NCBI GenBank assembly: GCA_028688755.1
Contig: JAQTXN010000001.1
Coordinates: 1-51,313 of the forward strand
DNA length: 51,313 nt
DNA from: Methylococcales bacterium
GTDB lineage: Bacteria > Pseudomonadota > Gammaproteobacteria > Methylococcales > Methylomonadaceae
Reading direction: 5' to 3'
A model generated the notes under the pieces. That model ran no database searches and had not been told where the DNA came from. It worked only from the letters and a program-made list of their open reading frames with translations. Position numbers and translations under genes: made by a program. Shown piece after piece: positions 1 through 9,693 of this stretch (positions within the stretch are counted from its first letter, which is position 1; each line of letters starts with the position of its first letter).

Positions 1-447
1 GTAGGTGTAAATTCATGGCAATTTCCGCAAGGCGGCATCAATCCAAATGAAGACCCAGAAACCGCGATGTATCGAGAATTGTGGGAAGAAACAGGACTGC
101 AACAACATCACGTTCAAATTTTAGGTCGCACGCGCTATTGGCTTCGGTATCAATTACCCGACCGTTATATTCGTAAAAACTCCTTGCCGCTTTGCATTGG
201 ACAAAAGCAAATTTGGTTTATTTTGCGTCTTGTTACCTCGGATAAAAACGTCAGTTTTGACCATTGCGTGAATCCCGAATTTGATGGTTGGCGATGGGTA
301 GATTATTGGGAACCGCTTAAAGATGTCGTGTATTTCAAACGGCGTGTTTATTACAAAGCGATGAGCGAACTTGGCGAAATTTTGACGCTTGAAAACGTCC
401 CTATCGATGCAACAGGCTATTTGTCGAAGGCAAGAGAATGGTGGTGA
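1..447 (+). CDS. rppH: RNA pyrophosphohydrolase (Nudix hydrolase RppH/NudH), 5'-truncated by window edge
   Basis: Frame 1 is open from nt 1. The translation VGVNSWQFPQGGINPNEDPETAMYRELWEETGL carries the Nudix box (GX5EX7REUXEEXGU). The track ORF 67..447 merely starts at the first internal Met. Confidence 0.85.
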   Translation, partial: VGVNSWQFPQGGINPNEDPETAMYRELWEETGLQQHHVQILGRTRYWLRYQLPDRYIRKNSLPLCIGQKQIWFILRLVTSDKNVSFDHCVNPEFDGWRWVDYWEPLKDVVYFKRRVYYKAMSELGEILTLENVPIDATGYLSKAREWW

Positions 448-630
448 CAGTTTAATTTTTGCACATAAATTGCACACAAAGGTCGAATATCGGTCAAATT
501 ATGATAAGATTGGCGGATTTCACTTAAACGAATAGAAATGTTTTTTGTTTATTAAACACTTTAACTAAAAACAAATACTTAGACATTGCTGCAAAGCAGT
601 AATGCAAAAAAAGAATAAAGGCTTAAATCA

Positions 631-3600
631 ATGACAACACAATCTCAACTAAGCAATTCACAACCGTTGCTTTATGACGCTGACCAGTCGCAAGACAGTT
701 GCGGCGTTGGTTTCATCACCCACAAACGCAGTTTGCAAACACACGATTTATTAGTTAAATCGCACGAAGCATTATGCACGATTCCACATCGTGGCGGCAT
801 GAGCGCAGAAGGTGTTGGCGATGGCGCAGGTGTGAATATCGATTTGTCATTGAAATTTTTTCGCAAACTCACCAGTAATCCGACTTTAGAACTCGGTCAA
901 TTTGGTGTGGCAAACTTCTTTTTCCCCGCTGACCACGCGCATTATGATTCAGCGGCAAATGAACTTGTTGAACGTCATTTTGCAGAATTCGATTTACCGT
1001 TAATTGCCCGTCGCGTGATTCCCGTTGATAACGCGGTTATCAATGCAGCGGCGGTGAAAGCCCAATTACCGATTGAACAATTCATTTTCGGTCGCCCCGC
1101 ACATTTGCAAAATGCGTCACACGAAGAATTTGAAAAACACGTCCAAAAAGCATTAGTTACCATTGAAGTGGAAGGTTTTACGCGCCCAGAACTCGCAGGT
1201 TTTTACCCGCTTTCAATGAGTTCACGCACCCAAGTTTATAAAGGTCGTTTGAATTCGGGCGAGGTAATTCCGTATTTCAAAGATTTATACGATACCGACC
1301 ACGAAATCAGCACGTTATTTTTTCATACTCGCTTTTCAACGAATACTGCGCCTGCCACGATGATGGCGCAACCGTTCCGCTACATGGCGCATAACGGCGA
1401 GTTGAACACCGACAAAAAAAATCGCCTCAGCGAAAACGCGATTGCGCGTCAACACAATAAATCGGTTTGTTTCCCGAATGGTCAATCGGATTCTAGTCGT
1501 TTAGACCAAACTTTAACTCGCCGTATCAACGAAGATAATTTAAACATCGTCGAAGCGATTTTAGCGATGATGCCGCCAGCTTGGGAAAACGACACGACGC
1601 TTTCGCCAGAAGTTCGCGCTATGTTGGAATACTTCAGTTTGTACGAAGAAAAAAATGATGGCCCTGCGGCGTTGATTTTCAATGATGGGATTCGTGTTGG
1701 TGCGCGTTTAGACCGTTTAGGTTTACGTCCGTTGCGTTCTGTGGAAACGACAGATTATTTAGCCGTTATGTCCGAAGCGGGACAAATTGATTTTCCACCG
1801 CAAGACGTTTTAAAACGTGGACGTATCGAAGCAGGTGGAATGCTGTATTTTGACCACAGCACAGGCGAAGCCTACGATTCACATCAAGTTCTAGCAAAAC
1901 TCGCAAAAGAAAAAGATTACGCGGCATTGTTAAAACAACGCGCGGTGAATTTGTCAGATTTACCAAAAGTGGATTTAAGCGAATTGAGCAATGACCACGA
2001 ATTGAACGTTGACCAACGTTTTACGGCGTATTCGCTCAATCAAGAAAGTTTCCGTTTCTTGCTCGACCCGATTTTAGCGACAGGCATGGAACGCATTTCC
2101 GCGATGGGTTATGGGCTGGCACCGAACGCGCTTTCAGGCGGCGAAGGTGGAATGTCACGTTATTTCAGTCAACGTTTTGCACAAGTGACCAATCCACCGC
2201 TTGATTCAATTCGTGAAAGCGATGGCATGACATTGCGTGTGGCTTTAGGTGCAAAACCAACGTTTTCAGAAAACAGCAAACAGCTTGTTATCGAAAGCCC
2301 GATTTTGCAACGCACACAATTAGAGCAAATTCGTCGTCAAACAGCGGTTTCAACGATTACTTTAAACGCGCTGTATACACCTGATTTTGATAGCGTTGAA
2401 GGCAATGAACATTCTTTAACTCGTGCGCTTAACTCAGTTTGTGATGAAGTTGAAAAAGCGGCGCGTAACAATATCGGCATTATCATTTTAAGCGATGCCA
2501 AAATCAGCAAAACACAAGCGGCAATTCCTGCGTTGTTAATGGTTGCGGCGGCAAATCAACGTTTGGTGCAACAAGGTTTGCGCTTTAATTCCTCGCTTAT
2601 TTCAGAAACAGGACAAGCGGCAAGTCCACACGATGTGGCGACGATTTTAGGTTTTGGTGCGTCGGCGATTTGTTCGTTGAGCGTTCACAATCGCGCGATT
2701 ACCCAGTATTCAGGTACTGACCAACAAAAAGCTCTCGATAAATTCTCAAAAGGTACAGAAAAATCTTTGATGAAAACGATGGGCAAATTTGGTTTGTGTA
2801 CCGCCGAAAGTTATATTGGCGGCGAATTTTTCGAATCGAATTATTTAGATACCGACGAACCTAAATTGCATCCGTATTTCCCGAACATTCATTCGTCAGT
2901 CGGCGGTGTGCGTTACAGCGATATTGCCGCGAGCGCGACCGAATGGCATCACAAAGCCCTTTCTGTTGAAAGCGAAAAAGACATTCCGTTCTTAGGTTTG
3001 TTCAAAGAGCGTCAAGATGGCGCGGGACATTCTTACGGAAACACGGCGGTGCGTGAATATATTCACATGACCGACGAAGCGATTTTATATATTCCACAAG
3101 AAAAATCAGCCGAAGCCAGTGATTTAGCGTATTTGGATTTAGGTTACGAAAAACGCACGCCTGAGCAAATTGATAATTTTGGTATTACGCCAGCGTATCG
3201 TAGTTTTGCGAAAAATCTTTATGAAGAACGTGACGCGCGACCAGCGGCATTGCGTGATGTGATGGACTTTCCAGCGGATGTGTCAAATGCGGAAAGCGTT
3301 GAGGATTTCGACAAAATTTTAGGCAAACAAAATCTGCGTGGTAACGTCAATTATTTGATTCGTGGTTTGTCGGTTAGAAAATTGGATGAAGTTTTCAAAG
3401 TCGCGTTCACGGAAAATAACAGCCAAGAGCGTTTGCAAAATTTAGCGGCACATTTGAAAAAACGTTTTGTGGACGATTTTCATCTCGTGTCATGCGGATT
3501 GAATGTTGCCGCCGATGCGTTGCGCGTTGAAAACGTACCTGCAGGCAGTTTGTTGTCGGATTATTTGAATGCAATCCAAACTGCAAACGCGCCGTTGCCA

Positions 3601-6087
3601 TTAGCCGACGTTCAATCGGCACATGAAATTACCGCAACGTTGGCATCAGGCGCAATGAGTCACGGCGCGTTGCTTGCCGAAGCGCACGAAGCGGTTGCCC
3701 AAGGCACAAACATTGTTGGCGCGTTAAGCAATTCGGGCGAAGGCGGCGAACATTTCAGCCGTTTTAACAGCATCAAATCGAGCAAAATCAAACAATTTGC
3801 GTCAGGACGTTTCGGTGTTTGGACAGGTTATTTAGCTGACCCAACGCTTGAAGAAATCGAAATTAAAATCGCGCAAGGTGCAAAACCTGGTGAAGGTGGA
3901 CAATTACCTGCAATGAAAGTGTCGGTAGAAATCGCCGCATTGCGTGGCGGCACACCGAAAGTCGAACTCGTCAGTCCACCGCCGCATCACGATACTTATT
4001 CGATTGAAGATTTAGGGCAGTTGATTCACGATGCCAAAGCGGCGCGTGTGAAAGTGGGCGTGAAACTCGTTTCGTCTGAAGGTATCGGCACGATTGCAGT
4101 CGGCGTTGCAAAAGCGGGCGCAGATGTTATCAACGTGGCAGGCAACACGGGCGGCACAGGTGCGGCGGCGGTGACAAGTTTGAAACACGCAGGACGTTCG
4201 CCTGAAATCGGGATTGCCGAAGTGCATCAAGCTCTTTCGGTCAACGGCTTGCGCGATAAAGTGATTTTGCGTTGCTCAGGCGCACATCAAAGCGGTTTGG
4301 ACGTAGTGAAATCAGCGATTTTAGGCGCGGATTCTTTCGAGTTCGGCACGACGGCGTTGATGATGTTGCGTTGCGTAATGGCGAAAAACTGTAACATCAA
4401 ATGTCCCGCAGGTTTGACCACCGCACACGAAGAATTCAAAGGCGACCCGCGTGTGTTAGCGCAGTATTTTATGAACGTCGCGCACGAAGTTCGGGAATTG
4501 CTCGCGTCACTCGGTTATAAAAATTTACGCGACATTCGCGGCAAAACTGATTTGTTACATTTAATCGACCACCCTTGCATGGTTGGGCAATTGAATTTGA
4601 CCAAAATGTTGCAACAAGTCGAAGAAGTCAAAATCGCGCAACCGATTTATTTAGAAGCTGATTTCCAAGTTGACGACAAGATTTTAGAACGTGTGAAAGC
4701 GTTTTTAGAAAACGGTAAATCTGAACAATTGGTGATTGATGGCGACGATTTCAAACTGAAAAACAACGATAAAACCGTTGGCGGTCAGTTGGCGATCGAT
4801 ATTGAACGGATTTTAAATTACGAATTCAACGGCGATGCGTCATTCATCTACAAAAACGAACACGGACGACGTTATTTAGCACCTGAAACCATCGTGATTC
4901 GCACACACGGCTCGGCTGGTCAAAGTTATGCAGCGTTTATGAATGACGGGATGTATTTACGTCATTTAGGCACGGCAAACGATGGCGTGGGTAAATCGAT
5001 GAGCGGTGGCGTGTTAGTTGTCGAATCACCAGGTGGCGGTATCAAAACTCCAGGCAATAACGTGTTAATCGGTAACTTCGCATTATTCGGCGCGACAGGC
5101 GGCAAAGCGTTTATCAACGGCGAAGCGGGCGATCGTTTTGCGGTGCGAAATTCGGGCGCGATGGCAGTAGTTGAAGGCGTGGGCGATTTTGGTTGCGAAT
5201 ACATGACTAACGGCGCAGTGCTTAACATCGGCGGCTTTGGTAAAGGTTTCTGCAACGGGATGTCAGGCGGCAACGCTTACCAATATGACCCTGAAAATAA
5301 ACTTACCGCGTTGTACGACAAAACGTCTGTGGAATTGCACGATTTAACCGAAGATGATGCACACGAAAAAATCGTGTTGCACATGCTTGAGCAACACGCC
5401 GAATATGCGAACTCAAGCAAAGCGCGTAACTTGCTCGCTAATTGGGAAAATGAACGCACACATTTCAAATTTGCAATGCCGCTTTGGCTCTATAAAACGC
5501 AAACTGCCAGCTATTTAAAAGCATCGATGGATGCGAAAGAAATGGTGGAAGAATTGGCGGTCGATTTGGCGCAAACGCAAATCGCGCAAGTCAAAAAATC
5601 CTATCAATCAGGTCAGCCGTTGTTTAATGGTGCGATTCCTGCGTTTGGCGAAGTCGATAGCGCGTTGGCGTTTAACTTGATTAACAGTTTTGCGGTATTC
5701 GATAAAGCGCAAGCGGTGGCGGCAGAAATGCTTAAAACTGCGCCAGAATCACAACGCACGCCTGCTCACATTGAAAAAGCGGCGAAAAAGCTGATTTTGG
5801 AACGTCCACGCAAATTGCAAGATGCGTTAGTTAAAACTACTCGTGAAGCCTACAGCAGTTATAACGATGACGAAATCGCGGCGTTGCTTGCCAATAAACG
5901 TTTGAATGATTACAAAACCGCGTTAATCAATCGCTCGGTGCAAAGCATTAACTCGATGGGTTCAACGGTTTGGATTATTGAGCAAAGCCACGCGAATCGC
6001 GTTGCACTGGCAAACATTACGCCTGTTGAGAAACATTTGGCGAGTTTGGTTGGGCTGGAATTGGCACAAGATGGACTTGCGGCTTAA
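631..6087 (+). CDS. gltB: Glutamate synthase large-subunit homolog (GltB-like), atypically long at 1818 aa
   Basis: Ntn class-II amidotransferase start (QDSCGVGFI...PHRGG) and a central GltS domain. FMN region GAMSHGALLAEAHEA...SNSGEGGE and a Cys cluster CVMAKNCNIKCPAG (Cx5Cx3C). GXGXG beta-helix region (GSAGQSYAAF, GVGKSMSGG, GEAGDRFAVRNSGA). Also an insert of about 100 aa before the FMN domain and a C-terminal extension of about 200 aa. Confidence 0.85.
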   Translation: MTTQSQLSNSQPLLYDADQSQDSCGVGFITHKRSLQTHDLLVKSHEALCTIPHRGGMSAEGVGDGAGVNIDLSLKFFRKLTSNPTLELGQFGVANFFFPADHAHYDSAANELVERHFAEFDLPLIARRVIPVDNAVINAAAVKAQLPIEQFIFGRPAHLQNASHEEFEKHVQKALVTIEVEGFTRPELAGFYPLSMSSRTQVYKGRLNSGEVIPYFKDLYDTDHEISTLFFHTRFSTNTAPATMMAQPFRYMAHNGELNTDKKNRLSENAIARQHNKSVCFPNGQSDSSRLDQTLTRRINEDNLNIVEAILAMMPPAWENDTTLSPEVRAMLEYFSLYEEKNDGPAALIFNDGIRVGARLDRLGLRPLRSVETTDYLAVMSEAGQIDFPPQDVLKRGRIEAGGMLYFDHSTGEAYDSHQVLAKLAKEKDYAALLKQRAVNLSDLPKVDLSELSNDHELNVDQRFTAYSLNQESFRFLLDPILATGMERISAMGYGLAPNALSGGEGGMSRYFSQRFAQVTNPPLDSIRESDGMTLRVALGAKPTFSENSKQLVIESPILQRTQLEQIRRQTAVSTITLNALYTPDFDSVEGNEHSLTRALNSVCDEVEKAARNNIGIIILSDAKISKTQAAIPALLMVAAANQRLVQQGLRFNSSLISETGQAASPHDVATILGFGASAICSLSVHNRAITQYSGTDQQKALDKFSKGTEKSLMKTMGKFGLCTAESYIGGEFFESNYLDTDEPKLHPYFPNIHSSVGGVRYSDIAASATEWHHKALSVESEKDIPFLGLFKERQDGAGHSYGNTAVREYIHMTDEAILYIPQEKSAEASDLAYLDLGYEKRTPEQIDNFGITPAYRSFAKNLYEERDARPAALRDVMDFPADVSNAESVEDFDKILGKQNLRGNVNYLIRGLSVRKLDEVFKVAFTENNSQERLQNLAAHLKKRFVDDFHLVSCGLNVAADALRVENVPAGSLLSDYLNAIQTANAPLPLADVQSAHEITATLASGAMSHGALLAEAHEAVAQGTNIVGALSNSGEGGEHFSRFNSIKSSKIKQFASGRFGVWTGYLADPTLEEIEIKIAQGAKPGEGGQLPAMKVSVEIAALRGGTPKVELVSPPPHHDTYSIEDLGQLIHDAKAARVKVGVKLVSSEGIGTIAVGVAKAGADVINVAGNTGGTGAAAVTSLKHAGRSPEIGIAEVHQALSVNGLRDKVILRCSGAHQSGLDVVKSAILGADSFEFGTTALMMLRCVMAKNCNIKCPAGLTTAHEEFKGDPRVLAQYFMNVAHEVRELLASLGYKNLRDIRGKTDLLHLIDHPCMVGQLNLTKMLQQVEEVKIAQPIYLEADFQVDDKILERVKAFLENGKSEQLVIDGDDFKLKNNDKTVGGQLAIDIERILNYEFNGDASFIYKNEHGRRYLAPETIVIRTHGSAGQSYAAFMNDGMYLRHLGTANDGVGKSMSGGVLVVESPGGGIKTPGNNVLIGNFALFGATGGKAFINGEAGDRFAVRNSGAMAVVEGVGDFGCEYMTNGAVLNIGGFGKGFCNGMSGGNAYQYDPENKLTALYDKTSVELHDLTEDDAHEKIVLHMLEQHAEYANSSKARNLLANWENERTHFKFAMPLWLYKTQTASYLKASMDAKEMVEELAVDLAQTQIAQVKKSYQSGQPLFNGAIPAFGEVDSALAFNLINSFAVFDKAQAVAAEMLKTAPESQRTPAHIEKAAKKLILERPRKLQDALVKTTREAYSSYNDDEIAALLANKRLNDYKTALINRSVQSINSMGSTVWIIEQSHANRVALANITPVEKHLASLVGLELAQDGLAA

Positions 6088-6105
6088 CGTCAAAGAATAA
6101 CGTTT

Positions 6106-6324
6106 ATGATTACGCTATCACCCGAATTAGAACAGCAAATTAACCATATTGCACAAATTGAGCAGAGTAGTCCTGCAATGTTGATTGCAAAATGGGTTGA
6201 AAATTATCAGAAGTTTGCAAAAAATTTCGCTACTGAAGATGACTTCTATTTGTTGGGTGTTAGCGATTCATTGGAAGAAGAATGGAACAGTGCTGAAGAC
6301 AACGAGGCGTTTCGTGACCTTTGA
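6106..6324 (+). CDS. Putative type II antitoxin (ribbon-helix-helix-like), partner of the MazF/PemK toxin
   Basis: 72-aa ORF. Its N-terminus ITLSPELEQQINHIAQIEQSSPAMLIAKWVE has a strand-helix-helix pattern and the tail is acidic. Its stop (6322-6324) overlaps the GTG start of the downstream toxin, the classic TA arrangement. Confidence 0.6.
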   Translation: MITLSPELEQQINHIAQIEQSSPAMLIAKWVENYQKFAKNFATEDDFYLLGVSDSLEEEWNSAEDNEAFRDL

Positions 6325-6670
6325 ACGTTTCGATGTGGTAAAAGTGCCATTCCCTTTTACGGATAAACAAGTCACTAAAACTCGCCCCGCTTTGGTTGTA
6401 TCTGACAAAAGTTTTAATGTTAGCGTGGGTCAATCTGTTATGGCGATGATAACGAGTGCAAAAAGTTCCACATGGCTATTTGATACAGATATTACGGATT
6501 TAACAGCAGCAGGATTGCCAGTTCCTTGTTTTATTCGAATGAAACTATTTACGATTGATAACCAGCTTGTCATCAACAAACTAGGGCGATTGTCACAGCG
6601 AGATTCTGTTGAATTTGAAAGAAATTTCGGAATGTTGCAAGGCACTAACAAAAATAATTCAACGTGTTAA
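6314..6670 (+). CDS. Type II toxin, MazF/PemK family endoribonuclease
   Basis: From GTG 6314: VTFERFDVVKVPFPFTDKQVTKTRPALVVSD...MAMITSAK...AAGLPVPCFIRMKLFTIDNQLV, which matches the PemK/MazF signature. The longer track ORF (6185..6670) would overlap most of the antitoxin and is rejected. Confidence 0.8.
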   Translation: MTFERFDVVKVPFPFTDKQVTKTRPALVVSDKSFNVSVGQSVMAMITSAKSSTWLFDTDITDLTAAGLPVPCFIRMKLFTIDNQLVINKLGRLSQRDSVEFERNFGMLQGTNKNNSTC

Positions 6671-6691
6671 TTTACAAATTTTAAAAATCAC

Positions 6692-8404
6692 ATGAAAACA
6701 CACCAACTTCCAAACGACGCACCTTACAGCGACAATCAACGTGCATGGCTCGGCGGATTTTTCGCTGGCTTGCATTCGCAACTTGTGCAAAACAGTGGCA
6801 ACGCGCAAACCGCTCGCACCATTCATATTTTGTACGGTTCACAAACTGGCACAGCCGAATCGGTTGCGCGTGATGCCGTCAAAGTCGCCAAAGCACACGG
6901 TTTAAATCCTGTCATCAAAAGCATGGATGAAATCGATGCTGACGCATTGACCAAAATGGAAACCTTGCTTATCGTCACCAGCACTTACGGTGAAGGCGAA
7001 ATGCCAGACAATGCCCAAGTGTTATGGTCTGCGGTTAAAGCGGATTCGATGGCGAAATTAGAAAACTTACAATTTGCCGTTTTAGCGTTGGGCGACACCA
7101 GTTACGATTTATTCTGCCAAGCGGGAATTGATTGGGACAATCGTTTAGCCGAATTGGGCGCAACCCGCTTACAAACGCGCGTCGATTGCGATGTCGAATA
7201 CGAAGAACCCGCCGAAGAATGGATGCACAGCGTAATACCTGCTTTAGCTGGTAGCGACGCAACCACGGCAATCGTTTCTGAAGACAGCGACGACAAATCA
7301 CAATACAACCGTAAAAATCCATTCCCAGCGAAATTGCTGGTGAATCGTTTGTTGACGGCTGAAAATTCATCAAAAGAAACCCGTCATTATGAAATTTCAA
7401 TTGCGGGTTCTGGCTTGAGTTATGAAGCTGGCGACGCGCTTTGCGTTGTGCCAACAAATTGCCCTGATTTAGTTACTGATATTTTGAAAGCGATTAAATG
7501 CGACGGCGACGAAATCATTAACGGTGTGTCATTGCGCGAAGCGTTGCAAAATCAGTTTGAAATCAAAACGCCAAGCAAAGAATTGTTGCAAGAAATTGCT
7601 ACCCGTTCAGGCAATCAAGAATTAAACAACGCGCTGAACGACAAAGAAGCCTTAAGTAATTATTTGTGGGGACGCGATACGCTCGATTTATTGTTGCAAA
7701 ATCCAAGCGTGGAATTTTCAGCGGCAGAATTTGTGGCGTTATTAAAACCGTTGCAACATCGCGCTTATTCAATTTCATCAAGCGGCAAAGCGAATCCTGA
7801 AACGGTGCATTTGACTGTTGCCAGCGTGCGTTACAACGCTTTTGACCGTCAACACAAAGGCGTTTGCTCAACTTTTCTTGCGGATTTGACCAACGACACG
7901 ACCGAAATTCGTTGCTTTTTCACACCGAACAAAGTTTTCCGTGTGCCAGACAACAACGATTTGCCAATGATTATGGTCGGGCCTGGAACGGGGATTGCTC
8001 CATTCCGCGCGTTTTTACAAGAACGCCACACACGCGGTGCGAAAGGCAAAAACTGGTTATTTTTCGGCGACCGCAATGCAGCAACCGATTTTATTTACCG
8101 CGACGAATTAGAAGTCATGCAAAAAGACGGTTTGTTGAACTGTTTGGATTTAGCATTTTCGCGTGACCAAGAAGAAAAAATCTACGTTCAAGACAAAATG
8201 CGCGAACACGGTGCAGAATTGTTTGCATGGTTAGAGCAGGGCGGTTATTTCTTTGTTTGTGGCGATGCGTATCACATGGCAAAAGATGTGGATAAAGCCT
8301 TGCACGATGTGATTGCAACGCATGGAAATAAAACCGAACAACAAGCCATAGATTACGTTAATCAACTCAAAAAAGATAAACGTTACGTTCGTGACGTGTA
8401 CTAA
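6692..8404 (+). CDS. cysJ: CysJ-like diflavin reductase (flavodoxin domain plus FAD/NADPH-binding ferredoxin reductase domain)
   Basis: The N-terminal QRAWLGGFFAGL resembles the CysJ N-terminal motif. Flavodoxin-like ILYGSQTGTAE...TSTYGEGEMPDN. FNR-type RAYSISSS, MVGPGTGIAPFRAF, FFGDRN, YVCGDA and terminal ...RYVRDVY. Confidence 0.8.
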   Translation: MKTHQLPNDAPYSDNQRAWLGGFFAGLHSQLVQNSGNAQTARTIHILYGSQTGTAESVARDAVKVAKAHGLNPVIKSMDEIDADALTKMETLLIVTSTYGEGEMPDNAQVLWSAVKADSMAKLENLQFAVLALGDTSYDLFCQAGIDWDNRLAELGATRLQTRVDCDVEYEEPAEEWMHSVIPALAGSDATTAIVSEDSDDKSQYNRKNPFPAKLLVNRLLTAENSSKETRHYEISIAGSGLSYEAGDALCVVPTNCPDLVTDILKAIKCDGDEIINGVSLREALQNQFEIKTPSKELLQEIATRSGNQELNNALNDKEALSNYLWGRDTLDLLLQNPSVEFSAAEFVALLKPLQHRAYSISSSGKANPETVHLTVASVRYNAFDRQHKGVCSTFLADLTNDTTEIRCFFTPNKVFRVPDNNDLPMIMVGPGTGIAPFRAFLQERHTRGAKGKNWLFFGDRNAATDFIYRDELEVMQKDGLLNCLDLAFSRDQEEKIYVQDKMREHGAELFAWLEQGGYFFVCGDAYHMAKDVDKALHDVIATHGNKTEQQAIDYVNQLKKDKRYVRDVY

Positions 8405-9046
8405 ATGACGGTTGATTATTTCGATTTGAATTGCCAAAAATGTCCGCGTCTCGCGGCATTTTTGTGTGAAGTAAAAGAAAAAAATCCGACGTATCACTGC
8501 AAACCTGTCGCGCCATTTGGTGATGAAAAGGCAAAATTAGTGATTGTCGGACTCGCTCCAGGAATGCACGGTGCAAATGCTTCGGGGCGACCTTTTACGG
8601 GCGATTATGCAGGTTTGTTTTTATATCAAGCATTGTATGATTTTGGTTTTAGCAATAAACCAACGTCAGAATCATTAAGTGATGGTTTAGTTTTGCACAA
8701 TGCGCGAATCACTAACGCTGTAAAATGTTTGCCACCGCAAAATAAACCAACTGGCGAAGAAATTAACATTTGTAATACGTTTTTGAGCAAAGAATTAAAA
8801 ACGCTGCCTGAGAATTCCGTGATTTTGGCGTTAGGCTTAATTGCTCATCAAGCGGTTTTAAAAGCCTACGATTTGAAAGCGTCGAGTGCGAAATTTGCTC
8901 ACAATGCTAAACACGAATTACCTAACGGGCATTTTTTAATAGATTCGTATCACACCAGCCGTTACAACGTGAATACAAAACGCCTGACAAAAGAAAGTTT
9001 CAATGCGGTTTTTGAAACGATTATGCCATTGTTAAATCAGTCCTAA
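8405..9046 (+). CDS. Uracil-DNA glycosylase superfamily protein (family 4/5-like)
   Basis: N-terminal Cys motif CQKCPRLAAF and active-site-like GLAPGMHGANASGRPFTGDYAG. The ATG directly abuts the upstream stop (TAAATG). Confidence 0.7.
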   Translation: MTVDYFDLNCQKCPRLAAFLCEVKEKNPTYHCKPVAPFGDEKAKLVIVGLAPGMHGANASGRPFTGDYAGLFLYQALYDFGFSNKPTSESLSDGLVLHNARITNAVKCLPPQNKPTGEEINICNTFLSKELKTLPENSVILALGLIAHQAVLKAYDLKASSAKFAHNAKHELPNGHFLIDSYHTSRYNVNTKRLTKESFNAVFETIMPLLNQS

Positions 9047-9120
9047 TTGCCTTTAAAGTTTGCCATTAAACAATGTTATGATAACGCCACTTTCTTAATC
9101 TAAAACCCACGCAATTCAAC

Positions 9121-9687
9121 ATGGCATTAGCATTAAACATCCCGATTTATCTTACTTTATTACGCATTGCGTTGATTCCGTTGTTGACGATTGTGTTTTA
9201 TTTGCCTTGGGAAAATGCGAATGTGGCTTGTATGTTTATTTTCTTACTTGCAGGTTTTACCGATTGGCTTGACGGGTATTTAGCGCGAAAAATGCAGCTC
9301 GAAACACCATTCGGGGCGTTTTTAGATCCTGTTGCCGACAAATTGATGGTTGCTGTCGTCTTGATTTTATTAGTGCAAAAAATTCCTGATGTTTATTTAG
9401 CGATTCCTGCTGCAATCATTATCGGACGTGAAATTACGATAGCTTCGTTGCGCGAATGGATGGCAGAAATCGGGCAACGCGCTCACGTCAAAGTATCACA
9501 AATGGGCAAATGGAAAACCAGCGCACAAATGCTCGCCATTGGTTTTTTGCTTTATCACGATGATTTGCTCGGCTTACCCGTTTTAGCTTTAGGTTATGCA
9601 CTGCTTTATATCGCAGCAATTTTGACTTTATGGTCAATGATTCAATACTTACACGCGGCTTTTACTGCCATTAACTCAAATACATAA
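9121..9687 (+). CDS. pgsA: CDP-diacylglycerol--glycerol-3-phosphate 3-phosphatidyltransferase
   Basis: Multi-TM 188-aa protein with the CDP-alcohol phosphatidyltransferase motif DWLDGYLARK...GAFLDPVADK. Confidence 0.9.
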   Translation: MALALNIPIYLTLLRIALIPLLTIVFYLPWENANVACMFIFLLAGFTDWLDGYLARKMQLETPFGAFLDPVADKLMVAVVLILLVQKIPDVYLAIPAAIIIGREITIASLREWMAEIGQRAHVKVSQMGKWKTSAQMLAIGFLLYHDDLLGLPVLALGYALLYIAAILTLWSMIQYLHAAFTAINSNT

Positions 9688-9693
9688 GGCTCA

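Noticed and set aside
490-570. Possible third, degenerate copy of the 120-bp repeat (shares TAAGATT...GAAT.GAAA).
   Set aside because: Similarity is limited to a few short words, about 60 percent over 40 nt by eye, and it lacks the invariant 16-mer. It is indistinguishable from chance in AT-rich DNA.
6185-6313. N-terminal 43 codons of the track ORF 6185..6670.
   Set aside because: It overlaps almost the whole antitoxin ORF in another frame. MazF/PemK homology begins at the GTG at 6314 (VTFERFDVVKVPFPF), which gives the classic stop/start overlap.
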